Part shown: in pieces, positions 40,101 to 53,107 of the stretch
Numbering within the stretch: the first letter of the stretch is position 1
Layout: each line of letters opens with the position of its first letter
DNA from: Camelus dromedarius
Lineage: Eukaryota
NCBI RefSeq assembly: GCF_036321535.1
Contig: NC_087447.1
Location: 51,214,001 to 51,278,000, forward strand
Direction of reading: 5' to 3'
DNA: 64,000 nucleotides
Notes under the pieces: generated by a model
The model's database searches: none
What the model was told of the DNA's origin: nothing
What the model saw: the letters and a program-made list of their open reading frames with translations, nothing else
Translations under genes and position numbers: made by a program

Positions 40101-42789
40101 CAAACACACACTATATTTCATAGACTCTCTTCTAAAAGTCATTTAGGTTCTGCCAATCAAATGCTCTCACACTAGATACTGATTTGGAACTACAGTGAAA
40201 GAGTGGAAAGGCTGGGCACAGGACACCCCTTTTGTTGAAAAAAGCTGCAATAGAGGCAGCATAGTTTTAGATCAATCTAGCAGTTGTAACAACAGCTTCC
40301 TGATTCTGTAGCTTCTAGATTATGGCAAAGATAGTAGTATCCTTGAGAACTTTGTTCTTTGGTACAGTTCAAAAGAATTGTTCCTGGAAGCTCAGCCTGG
40401 GTGCATTTCTTCTGCTCTCCTGAAGACTCTTTAATCTCTCTGGTACCCTTTAATAAATCCTTTTTCCTTCAACTTGTTAGAGTAGATTCTGTTCCTTGCC
40501 CCTATTAGTAAGAACCTTGGTGAATAAACTGCCTTACACTAAAGATAACATATAATATTTACCATCACATTTCCATAACATCTGACCCTTTTCTTCCTTG
40601 TCTTTGCATCAACTCTTCCCTCAGTGTGGAATGTCCTCCTTCGAAATCGTCCCATATGCAAAAGTTGCCCACTTTCTCCATGAAGAGATTTACATAATGA
40701 GAAGTTAATCCCAGAAGAAAGGAAGAAAACCAGTTTGACAGAGGAGACTGAGCCCTGAAGAATGAGCAGTATGACTTCTGGGAGTGAAGGGGCAAGGAGA
40801 AAGGAGGAGGTACTTTAAGTGTAAAGAATAACATTCACATAGGCAATAAAGTACCTCTTGCCACCAAGAGTTGACTAAAAATTCAGTTTCTTAGAGCTGG
40901 GAATGATGCTATAGCATATACGAGTTTTGCTCAAAAAATTAATATTGAACACAGGTGATTTTTACAGTCAGTTGTCAGTAATTACTAAACACTAATAAAT
41001 GTGCACAAAATACCACATTAGGAGATACAAGAAAATTCTCAGAGCAGAAATCACAGTCCTCCAATCTTAAAGATTTACAATGTAGAAGGAAAAAAGACAT
41101 CTTTAAAAAGATCAAAGACACAACACAAGTACTATAAACAAGTGCAAATTCACATAAACAATTGTAAAGAAAAGTTTCAAGTCACTGGAGTATCTAAAAG
41201 TAAGTGTTATTCAGAGAAATTTTTCCTAAGAGAATTCATTAATTCACCAAATACTTACTAAGCATCTACTATATGCTAAAAACTGTTTTAGGTGCTGAGG
41301 ATACAGAGAAGCAAGCAGACAAGGTCCTTGCTCTTATAAGGCTTAAATTCTAATCCTTAGAATTAGGAACAAAGGTTTCAAGCAAAGGGCTGTAAATTAA
41401 TGCACTGGTCATTAGGCTCATTTTCACTTCCCTACTTTGTAATAATAATGATAGCGAACATTTACTGAGCACTTGTTATATTCCAGAATCTGCTAAGCGC
41501 TTTACAATTATTACCTCATATAATCCTGGTAACAAACCTATGAAGCAAGTACTATTGTTAGTACCATTTTAAGGATAAGGAAACTGAAACTACAGAGCTT
41601 AAGTAACTGCCCCCAGATCAGTCAGGAATTAACAGGGCCAGAGGATTCAAAGTTAGGTTAGTGGAAGAGATTTTGAGGTTTTAACTGTTACAAAATATAG
41701 AGGACAAAATCATATTTACATGAGATAGAGCTTTGTTAAAATGGAAAGCATGGAATTATTAATTTGGCATAAGCTTGATCATCTTTGAGGTTTTTTTCTC
41801 CTTTTCCCATAAAATGAGGGGTTAGATTCCCTAAGCAATGGTCATTTTCAGCTTCTGTTTCTATGGTTTCAGAAACAATGTGAAAAGGTATTCAGGTGCC
41901 TAGTCCACTTGTTAGTGAAAAGGTACTTTGAAAGATAACACTACACAGTTCTTACCCACCAGCTGGGACCATGTGTTTCCATGCCCTCATTAAGGGGTAT
42001 ATTAGCATTATATTAATTGGTATAAACAGCTGTAGCATAAACCTCCTGCAGGATAGAAGGCTGGAGGCACGAAGAACAAAGGGAAAGGCAGGAAAGCAAT
42101 GATTGGCTGACCTGGATCCATCTAGGTCAGGCATGGCATTTGGTCCCTCTGCATTTCAATTTCTCATGAATGTGGATACCCAGGCAGCAGCCCAAGCCTT
42201 CCTCATTTCCATCTCAATCTCCAGGAAGAATTACAATGGGAACAAGAGCTATTGAGGCAGAGAACAGACTCTGAATATTAAAGTGCACACTAGACAGGAG
42301 CTAGCAAAAGGAAGAATGAGAAAGGTTCTCCATTTGGACCTAGTCAAACCCTAATCACTCACCTGCCATACAAGCTCTGTATCAAACAGCATCCTTTCAA
42401 AGTGCTTTCCAAATGTCTTCTATTATTATTCACTTCTTTCTAACCCTTTATCAGATATCTCCTATGCACCAGACTGCGCTAGGCCCATAGGAATATAATG
42501 AATAATGCACAATCCTCAACGATAGGGAACTAAATCTAATGAGGGACAAGTATATACAAAGGGATTCTTGTTATATAAGGATAACTGATATCCAAAAATG
42601 CCACTTAAGTTAACTGACGAGGGACTAAAATTTCCTAATTAAAAAAAAGGATAGATTAAAAGTTGACTGGGCCTTTAATTTATTAAGATATATATAAAAC
42701 AAAACTTTGTAATTTGTAATTTAACAAAATTTAAGCTGTAATTGCCAAAAGGTAATTCTTAAACCAAAAAAATTTGTCATTTCACATTG

Positions 42790-43050
42790 GGCTTTCAAAA
42801 CACATTGATAAAAGGGTCAATTTTGTAAACATATTCAAGAGTTTCACCTACTTGTCCCAAAGGACTTTCTTAATCCTTTTGTTGCTCAAATCACTGTCCT
42901 CTGAATCTCCTATTATGTTATTACTCACGTTAATTTTCCCTTCAATTTTAAACTGGTCTAACTTTACCTAATCTTCATTTGTCAATGATTCATGTGTGTG
43001 TGTGTGGTTCAAGCCATTCTCCAATATCACTTTATTTCAAATTCACTACA
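42790..43050 (-). mobile_element. Tigger/pogo-family transposase C-terminal remnant (element probably extends further)
   Basis: Manual minus-strand translation across frameshifts gives SDIGEWLEPH..HESLTNED*VKLDQ and TKGLRKSFG/QVGETLEYVYKIDPF. These resemble recalled Tigger C-terminal motifs (DIEELL..H.EELTNEDL; TKGL.EAF......DPN). Confidence 0.55.
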
Positions 43051-43439
43051 TTTTTCATGTTTTGCACAAATTTCCGCTTTCATTTTAAAATCTACTTGCA
43101 TCATATTGTTGGATGTTAATTATCCTACCATTAGAAATGCACTTACTGACAAAGAGGGTGAAGTGGACAGAGCCCAATGGTGAGCAAGGAGGGATGTTTG
43201 ATTGGGAACTAAAATCAGTTCCTATGGATAACAAATGAGTATCTATGCATCTAATTATAGTGCAAAGGATGGAAAAGAAAGCTATGGAAAAAAATTTTTT
43301 AAGCTTAATACATATTTGTTGAGTGGGTAGATGAATTATTTTACTCAATAATTCAACAAGTATTTATTGAGGGCCACTACATGCCAGACACTGTTCAAGA
43401 TACTGAGTATATGGTAAGGAACAAAACAAAGTACTACGC

Positions 43440-43804
43440 TGTCTTAGTCCATTCAGGCTCCTATAACAGAACACCACAAACTAGGTGGCTATAGACAACA
43501 GAAGTTTACTTCTCACAGTTCTGGAGGCTGAGAAGTTCAAAATCAAAGCACCAGAAGATTCAGTGTCTGGTAAGAATTCTTCTCCTGGTTCATAGAGAGC
43601 CACTTTCTCACCATGTCCTCACACGGTAGAAGGGGAGAGGGAGCTCTCTGGAGTCTCTTTTATAAAGACACTAACCCCATTCATGAAGTCTCCACCCTCA
43701 TGACCTAATCACCTCCCAAAGGCCCTACCTTCAAGTATCACTACATTGGGCATTTGGATTTAACATATGAATTTGGGTGAGACACAAATATTCAGTCCAT
43801 AGCA
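43440..43804 (-). mobile_element. MaLR solo LTR (MLT1A0-like)
   Basis: TGTCTTAGTCCATTCAGGCT...CTCACAGTTCTGGAGGCTG...TTCAGTCCATAGCA. Confidence 0.88.
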
Positions 43805-45756
43805 TAACTTCAAGGAATTTATAATCATGAATGGGCAGCTGAAGGCTGGAAGCCTATGTGGAATAAATGGCATCCCAACTGGATCTTGACTAGCATAGAG
43901 GAAAAGTGAATTCTAGGCTGAAGGAACAGAGTGATACGACATTTGAAAGTGAATTAAACTTAGTCGTTTAGAGAAGGATTAGGGTCATAATTTGGATAGG
44001 CTTTATCCAATCAGTTGAATGACCTCAAAAGCAAAACTAAGGCTTCCCTGCCAAGGAATTCTACTAGTTCTGTTTCTCTGGTAGAAAACTGATACAGTGA
44101 TTTTAGGCAAATTATGGAATATCATCTTAACTTTTATAATGAACACTAAGGAGTAACATGGGGGAAATGTTTGTAAGTGAAGAAAAAAGGCAAATGACAA
44201 ATTTAAATCTATACTGTCACTATAATTATATAAATAGGTATGTTTACATAATAATAAAAAAAGGAAACGAGTTTATTCATTTGAGTGATAGAATTGTGCC
44301 TGAATTTTAAATTTATTAACAATGTTACAAAATAGAGTTCTATTTTTAATGGAAGACAGTAACATTGTATGTGTTAAGCTTTATTAGGATTATGTGGTAC
44401 TTTAAAGAAACTCATACTAATCTAAAAGAAAACTGCCAATTTTGAAATGTTGCTTTGCATCGTACTAAAAAGAATGAATTCTATGCAATGAAATATGCCA
44501 ACAAAGGCCTCAATACAAAGCCATTTTTCAATAACATGTAATTCCTCAACTCAAATGAAATGAAGAAAGACCCAAAATAGCAAAGGAGCTGGTGATCAGC
44601 TTAAGATTTTTTCACATCCTTAGCATCAGGGCATGCATTCATCTTTGACTCAGGTCAGAGATACTTGCACTAGGCAGCTAAATATTTAACACAGTGAGGT
44701 TTCGTCTCTCCTTTCCTCTCCCAACACCAGACATTGAAAGGATTCTTATATGTTTGCTAAACTTAAGTACAGAAGTCATATGGACCTCAATTTAAATGCT
44801 GGCTCCACTTTCATTCATTCAATCAAAAAACATTTACAGAGTGGCTACTATCTATATGCCAGGAACTGTGAATACAACAGGGATCAAAAAAAGATACTTT
44901 TTATTTTAAAGAAAGGGATACCATGTTAAAACTCTTTCTCTTTAGGGTGTCATGCCTTAAAAAAAATGATTCTCCAGAGCTTAGGGTCTAGCATGGTAGA
45001 CAGACATTAATCAAGTAATGCCACAGAACAGTGGGTAACAGTATGAATGTTAAAGTGTTTAAGGGTGAAGTGTAATGATGTCTGCAACTTATTTTGAAAT
45101 GCTTCAAAATAAGATGGATTGATGACTAGATTAAGAGATGGATAGTCAATAAAGCAAATACAGCAAAATAGTACAGAATCTAAATGAGTTTATAGATGCT
45201 CACCATACACACTCCCCTCTCAATATTTTATTATAAAGAATTTTTAGATATACAAAATAGTTTAAAGTGTACATGAAACAGTTTCAAGAGGAGTCAACCT
45301 AAAGGAGGAATTTTTTTTCTCAATAAAAAAATTCAACCTTTGACCTAGAGTTCTACTTAGATATTTTAGATATCCAGAGACACTCTCAAAACCACCTGAA
45401 AACTTGGATTAATCAATTTAGTCAATTTATTCCTCAATATTTATTTGCTTGTTGGTTTTAGATAACAATGATAGAGAACATTCTACACTCAAGACATTAT
45501 GCTAAAAGTACTGGTTCATCTCCTCATTCTAGCACCAAGGGGTTGGGGATTCAGGCAGCCACTATTTGTCTCTGTCTATAAAGTCAGATTTATTAATCCC
45601 TTCTCAGTCTCTCAGGATTAACTAGGATATTGCATAGGGTAGCATTTTGAAAGATCTCTTCCAACCACTCCAACTTCATCTCCTACCATTTATTCTTGCT
45701 CCCTCTATGCACCAATCATAATGTCTTTTGTTTAGTTCCTCTATGTTGAGGTAAAC

Positions 45757-46402
45757 CAGTGCTATCCAATAGAAATATAATGCAAGCCACTAACACAAGC
45801 TACATATGTAATCGTAAATTTTCTAGTAGCTATGTTTTTTAAAGTTAAAGAAGAAAAGCACAGTTTGCTCTCATCAGATCAGCTGAAAAGCCAAATCTGA
45901 AGAAGGGTCTCCTGGGGAGGAATCCAGAGCCCTCGGAGAGCATTCTGCTGCTCAGGTGGGACCCCCCAGGCACCTCCTACCTCCTTGACCATGGGGTCCA
46001 GGATGGCAGAAGATGGGGGCAGCTGCCTGGGTCTTGGGAGTTCTGGAGGGGAGAAGAATCCTCTACAGTGCCCTAAACTCAGGAAGTCTGGGAAACCCCA
46101 GCACAGGGGGAGGTGGGAGAAAGAAAATTAAAAAGAAAAGGAAAAGAAAAGAGAGAGGGGGAGGGGAAGGGAAGGAAAGAAAATTAATTTGAAAATATAT
46201 TTAACCCAATTTATCCAAAAGATTAGCATTTCAACATATAATCAACATAAAAACTTAATGAGTTATTAAGTTCCTTTTTCAGTACTAAGTCTTCAAAATC
46301 TGGTATGTATGTTACACTTATAGTGCATTTATATTTGAATCAGCCACATTTTAAGTGCTCAGTAGCCTACTAGCTCCTAGCTACCATACTGAGCCTCATA
46401 GC
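45757..46402. mobile_element. MER33-like hAT MITE split by a ~320-bp insert
   Basis: Left part CAGTGCTATCCAATAGAAATATAATGCAAGCCAC...TTTTCTAGTAGC (45757-~45858); right part AAATTAATTT...TTAACCCAAT...TACTAAGTCTTCAAAATCTGGT...GCTACCATA (~46180-46402). Confidence 0.8.
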
Positions 46403-49376
46403 TTTAAATTTTTCCCTACTTTTAGGGCCTCTGTGCGCTTAAAATGTTCCCTCTGCCTGACATGCTCTACACTCTGCTCTCTGCATGACTGATATATACT
46501 TATCTTTCATATTTTATTCTAAAAGCATCATCTCTACAATGAGGACTTCCCCTTATCCAAAATTCTCTATACTATTCCTTTGTTTATCTTTTGCAGGACT
46601 TATCAAAACCTGCAACTACTTAACTGTACATTTAATGCTTTTCTCTGTACTCCCCTCAGGAATGTAAGCTTTATAAAAGCAATGTCAAGGACCATTTCTG
46701 TATTGTTTATGATTGTACCCCAGTACTAAGCACATGCTTGGCACATAGGAAGCAATTAACAAATATCTGTAGACTAATTAAGGAATAGATAAATAGAAGC
46801 ACTGTAGAGATGCATTAGATTTGTAAGCATGTTAAAGTGTGTGTGTTTTGCCCCTACTCTACCAGCTTACACACAAGAGTATACTCAGCAGCCATTCCCA
46901 AGTGTCCTGGGATTTTTACAAAGCAGTCAACTTCAGATAATTCTCTGGCAAGGGGCAATAGATAGAAACATGATTTTTGGAAAGAGAGTGAACTGCAGAT
47001 AGCTTTTAACATTCTCCAAGGAACCAGGAATTTATTTAAAGTCAAGAGAAAATGAAGAAAGTGCCACTAGTCAAGGCAGCATCCAAAGGATCGGGAACCA
47101 ATACCAGATTTGGAGACAGAAAAATGGATTAAAGAGTCCACTTTGCAAACTCCCAGCTGTATTATCATGGACAAGTCACTTAACTTTGTTCCATCTATAA
47201 AAATATGATGCCTTAAGGGTAGAATTAAATGAGACTATATATGAAAGTGTACTAAAAACAGTAAAGCCTAAATATATATTAATTGTCTCTAGGCTGCTTA
47301 GGAAACTTAGACTTTCAAAAGTCTGTCATTGTGAATTTTTCCTCTTTGTTCATCTAGTTTCTTGCTTTAAGTTACTTTGCAGATTATATACAGACAACTT
47401 CTTGAACTGATCAAGCAAAATCTATCCAGATACCAAAAAAAATCTCAGACTCTGGACTAGTCAGATAATTACACATGGGAAAATAATCTTGAATGAAAGA
47501 AAATGTTATAAAATAGTAATTCTCCAACAGGTGAATTGTTGGAGACTCTCTTAGGGAGACTAAGAATCCTTTCAGCTATACCAGGTCCCTCTGTACCCAT
47601 GGCCCAAGCTGGAAACTTAAATTTTGTTCCTCTAGCCCACTGAGAATTGTTTCCGTAGTGAAACATTATTACTGATGGGCTACGGTGCTCATGGACTATG
47701 CTACCATGGACTAATAGTGAGAGCAAGGAGGAGGAAGAGAGGAGGTAAAAAAAAACACTGTCATGAAATATTTGAGCTGGGAAGCTAGCATCAAATTTAA
47801 TACATCTATGTGACACTTAAGGAAATCTGAGGCTCTTGGTAGTTAAATGACTTGCCATGGTTACACAGTAACAATCATAAAAATTCCAACTTGATCTCTC
47901 TGCTCCTAAACTTCCTCATCTGTGAAATGAGTAAAAATCAGCATCTCTCTTATAGGATTATTCTGAGGAGTAAATGAAAAATCAGATGTAAAGTACTTGG
48001 CACTGTGAAAGTCCCCAGTAAAAGGTCAGCTGTAATGATGCTGAGGATGATTTGTTCCTGATGTCATTTATCCCCAACATACAGTGAGGCTGGGGGGAGG
48101 AAGTGGGAGGCAGGAAGATTACCACCCCGAACTCACTTTTAAAAAAGGTTAGAAGGAAATAGACAAAATGCTACTACTGGTTATCTTTCTACAATAAAAC
48201 TCTGATAGATTTGTTGTTGTTCTTGTTTTACCTTTTATTCTTCTGTATTCTCCAGGTTTTCCACAAGAATCATGTATTACTTTCACAATAAAAGAAACAT
48301 AAATGTATTTAAAAGCAAACAAGAAAGTTTGAGTAGACACTCAGAAGTGGAAGTATGACTGTCTTACACGACTTTAGCTTGCTGGACCCTAGTTACCAAT
48401 TCCTGAAAATACATACATATCTTTTTCAGTGTTTAAGGAAAATCCTAGAAAATGCTCACAGAATCTTAGAGCTAAAAGCACTTTTATAGGTCACTTAGTC
48501 CAAACTCCCAACTAATAGCCAACATCAGTATAAAGCATTTTACAGCTTATAAATTGCTGTGCATTTATCTATGGCACTCACCTGATCCTCGTAACACTGT
48601 AAAGGTATAAGATAACTATGGTGTATTATAAGAAGATGAGCTCAAGTGAGTACTGGTCTTCGAACCATAGCTATGTTGTACAGCCTCAGGCAATTCAATT
48701 AATTTCTGTTTTCTCTTCTATAAAATGGACATAAAACAAAACCTGTCCTAGCTAAACTAGGAGTTGTTGAAAGAATAAAGTGAAACAACATTAGTGAAAG
48801 TACTCTGTACACTATCCTAATGGCCCTTCATCACCTGGGCCTTGCCTTCCTCTCTGCTCTTACCACTCCCCACCTTACCCCCCATCCTCTAAGTGTACAA
48901 ACTACTCAGGGTTCCCCAAACATGCTCTCAGGCCTTCTAGCCCTCAAACTCCTCTCTTTCAGGAAGGTCCTCCTTCTCCCTTCTTTCTACCCCTCCCCCA
49001 CTATCTTGGTTAACCCCTGCTCATCTCTCAAAACTGAACTTAGATGTCATTTCCCTCGAGGTTTGCCAGGCCTCTCCCATTTCAGGTGAAGTAGATGCCT
49101 TTCACATAGCACCAGTATATATCTTCATGTCTCATTTTTGTCTCGATATGGTATAATTGTCTACAGACATGTTTGTTTCTCAAAACTAAACTTAAAGGTA
49201 GAGACCAGGTATGATTCAGCTGTTTCTTCAGAGCCCATGACAATGCCTGATGTGTGTTTAGCAAATGAATGCCTTAATATGTGTTTAGCAAATGATTGAA
49301 CTTTAAGTAACAATAAAATATTAGTTTTCATATAATAAGTACAAAAGATGTTTATGCAAAATATTATAACAAAAGG

Positions 49377-49542
49377 CAGTACTTTTCAATGTTGGCTGCA
49401 TATCAGAATCATCTATAAATCTTCAAATATAGGGATTCCAAAACATTTGATTAAGGTAGACTTGAAATAGAGCCCAGGCAACTGTAATCTTTTCAATATC
49501 TTCACAAGTAGTTCAAATGCATAGCCAAATTAAAAATCACTG
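49377..49542. mobile_element. MER5-like hAT MITE (diverged)
   Basis: CAGTACTTTTCAATGTTGGCTGCATATCAGAATCATCT...AAAATCACTG. Confidence 0.55.
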
Positions 49543-52500
49543 CTATACATAACTGTAATCATAAAATTACAACAATTTTACCTAACATCTTACAATTCAT
49601 TTTCACATACATTATTCGTTTAATCTTCACAACAACCCTGAGAGTTAAGTATTATTTTTATTTTCCAAATGAAGAATTAGAGATTTAAATAAGTTAAGTG
49701 TCCAGGTAGGTCTTTGCCTAATTTCAAACTTAGTGCTCTTCCTTCTACATCTATCCCCTTCCCTAGAAAAATGATAAATAATACTGCAGCAATATATAAA
49801 GTACTATGGGGACAAGGGTTCAAATGAGAAAGCCATCAATCCCAGCTTTGTGCAAATCAAGGAGAGAATAAGGAAAGCTGGGCCTTGAAAATATAGGCAA
49901 GCAGATGAGGGTGGAAGCCACACATATACTATCACTGTCATTTATCATCCCAAAAGGTCCAGAAGGCTGGTTCTATAAATTAGAAAAATGTTCTTGCCAG
50001 TCTCAGTTAGTACTTATACAGTATAAAAGCGAAAGGGACATTGGAGAGGATTAGAAATAGAAAAGTAGAAAAAAAACCCATAAACAAGAATGAATGTCTC
50101 AATGCTGCATGCAAATTACCACACCTTGACTCAAAGAATAAGAGCCAAAACATAATGTACTTTTTATAATAAAGACTTAGATCAATTTCAGAGAATTAAT
50201 CAACACCAAACAAAATCATAATAAGGGAGCAACGAACCTCTGGTTCTTTCTGGACTTATTACTATACTACTCCTCGAGAAAGGACAATCTCAAGGATCCT
50301 AGCACATAGAAGATTTCTCCCATCTCACAGACTGGATGGGAGAGTGGAAGAAGTTACTTATGAGAGATTAGGCTTAAGACAAGAGCAGAAAAATGTATTT
50401 CATTACGTTAATAAGTTTATGTTGGCAAAGGAAAATGAATATTCAGGTCAGAATACTGGATAAAGTCTGATATCTCGACTTCAGTAGAGAAGTGTCACGC
50501 TGTAAGTCTGCAACATCATGACCATCTGACAGTTTTATTAGCAATTGTTTTTGTAGTTCAAACCATGCACTTTAGTCAGGATTTTCTTAGGGAGAAGAGG
50601 TTAAAGAGACTAGAAAGCAATCTAAAAGGACATTTCTAGTGCCCCAAAGTTTAGTTTGATAAAGTTTAAAAGGCAATATTATATAGTGGCAAAAATAAAC
50701 TACTACATTTAGATTCAAAAAAATGTAGTTTTAAACCAATAGTCATTTCCTAACGATGTGCCTTCGAGCAAGCCAATATTTCTATGATCCTAACTCATAA
50801 AACAGAAATATCTATCTCACAGAGCTGTTGCGAAGACTGAACAAAAAACACCAGGTAAAGATGCTACTCCTTTCCCTGTATGAATGATAAATGTAAACCT
50901 ATGTAAATCTTTATTCACTAGTCCTTCTATGCACAAAAAAAAAAAAAAAGAGAGAGAGAGAGACAGCAGGCTAAATGAAGGAAAATCTTAACTCTCACAG
51001 CAATATACTTGCAAAATATTCCTACAGAGAAAAATTAAAGCAGCCAGGATAAGGAACATAACACATAACTGCTGGTATCAGATGGATATGGACTAGAACT
51101 GAGGTTCACCAATTATTTTCAGCAAAACCCTGAACAAGTTCCCTTTGCCAGTCTGAGCCTGAACTTCCTAATCCATGAAATAGAGATACTAGCAATCATT
51201 TTACATGCTTATTTCGAAGACTAGAGAAATCTCACATCTCACATAGTATCTGGTACATAACAGTTGTTCAATAATGTAAGCTGCTATTAATAAGTTTACC
51301 ACCACCTAACAACTAGGTAACAATTTATACTTCTCAAAGGTGTCTTTATAGTCAATGTTTCTGTTGTTTCATAAACTTGTAAGCTTGTCATAATAGTTGT
51401 TACTATCCTCATTTTACAGTTAGGACAAAAGGCACAGAGATAAAATTACTTCCGCAAAGTCATGCAGTGATACAGAGACTAAATTAAGATCTCCTGACTT
51501 TCTCTAGGTTTAATTATCCCCTCCATCCCAAATTATAACATTAGCCCTTAGGAATTAGAATGATATCTGTGAAAGAGCATATTCTTTTTGATAACCTTAA
51601 ACTTCTCTCTTTACTGTAAAAAAAGTTTTTCTCATTACTTTCTAGTTATGGTTTGGAAAGATAAAAAAAGGGGAAAAGGAAATTCATTAAAACCAGAAAC
51701 AACGAAATTGAGAATTACATCAAAGTAGCAACTGCTAATTCTATCTTGACTTTTGTTTTAGTCTTCCCCAATAACAACATCAACCTCTGAGTTTAAAAAA
51801 AAAATTAAAGTCTGCTTATCAACATAATGTTTGCTTGATAAACTATTGAAAAATTGAGGGAAAAAATTAGAAAGACAGCTTTCTCCCAGGTTTATGAGTA
51901 TACATCACTTTATCCCTCTATTTAATCTCTTCATTTCAGCATTTATCATACCATGTTACAATATCTTTAACTCTTTCAGGACTTGAACCACATCTTATGT
52001 ATATCTGAACATCCTGTCCCAGCATAAGACCTAGCACATGGTAGAGAAAGACTCAATAAGTGTTCGTTTATAAATAAATGAATCAACAAATGAAGCCAAT
52101 CTCCCTGAGGGAAGTTAGGAAAAGAAAAAACTGGATATGGTATCTTAGCGCTAATAAGAAAGTGAAAGAAGTAAAATATTAAGAGCTTCATAAGGAAGAA
52201 AAATCTTTGTGTGGAGTCAAAAGGCCCTTGTATGGCTTTAAGTATCACTAGAGAAAGACAAAAAGCACAGGAGATCCGGAAGAGATAGTTTCAAGTTAAA
52301 AGGTTCAAAAGTTAGGGTGCTTTATTAGACTTGCAAAACCAAGTTGCAAATTCCCAAGAAACTATCCTGGACTAGGATATTTCAACTGCAGTTTTCAGAT
52401 CTTGGCTGAAAGAAAAAAAACTGGAAAAATCCTACAGGCTTTGGTGGACAAAATATACACTAAAAGGGAAGAAAAGCTCAATCTAAAATAAATCCTTCAA

Positions 52501-52760
52501 AATGTTAGAATCCACTTGGATTTGCACATTGGAGTGTGGTTCCTCTTCCTCCTGAGACCTATTCTTGAATCAACCCCCAGTGTAGCAGCTGGCAGTAAAT
52601 GGGATTAAATCATTTTATATTATTCACTCAACAAATATTTGAGTGCCTGGTATGTGCAGGCACTGGTATTCTAGGCCCTGGGATTAAAGCAGTAAACAAA
52701 ACAAAATTCTTTGCTCTCAGGAAGCTTTCAATCTAGTGACAAAAAATAGATGATATGCAA

Positions 52761-52835
52761 TGGAATGGACTGGACTGGAGTGGAACGGAATAGAACAGAG
52801 TGGACTGGAATGGAGCGGAACAGAACGGAATGGAA
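52761..52835 (+). repeat. Degenerate (TGGAA)n pentamer array, 15 units
   Basis: tggaa tggac tggac tggag tggaa cggaa tagaa cagag tggac tggaa tggag cggaa cagaa cggaa tggaa. Confidence 0.92.
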
Positions 52836-52917
52836 TGTCAGGCAGTCTGTGCTATGGAAGAATAAGGAGGAAGGGAGGTGGCAAGGAGCTGGTGTTATCA
52901 AAAGCAGATCTTTGAGT

Positions 52918-53107
52918 CCGGTGATTCTGAAAAATTTTCAAGCATCAGAATCACCTGGAGGGCTTGATTAAAGCCGAGATTTGGGGTCCCCAATCTTAAG
53001 AGTTTTTCATCTGTAGATCTGAGATGAGACAAATGATTTGCACTTCTAACAAATTCCCAAATTATGTTGATGCTGTTGATGCAGGGACTACACTTGCAGC
53101 TAACTGT
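52918..53107. mobile_element. MER5A-like hAT MITE
   Basis: GCATCAGAATCACCTGGAGGGCTTG...ATTTGCACTTCTAACAAATTCCCA...GATGCTG. Confidence 0.75.

Larger units (their letters stand above)
38858..40530 (+). mobile_element. Old ERVL LTR (LTR33/LTR41-like), split by an L1 and a SINE
   Basis: Pieces GGTTTGCTCAACAC / ATTCTAACCCCTT...AGAGGTTGGAAGG / TTAGGTTCTGCCAATCAAATGC...TTCCTGGAAGCTCAGCCT...AATAAATCC are collinear once the inserts are removed. Confidence 0.6.
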
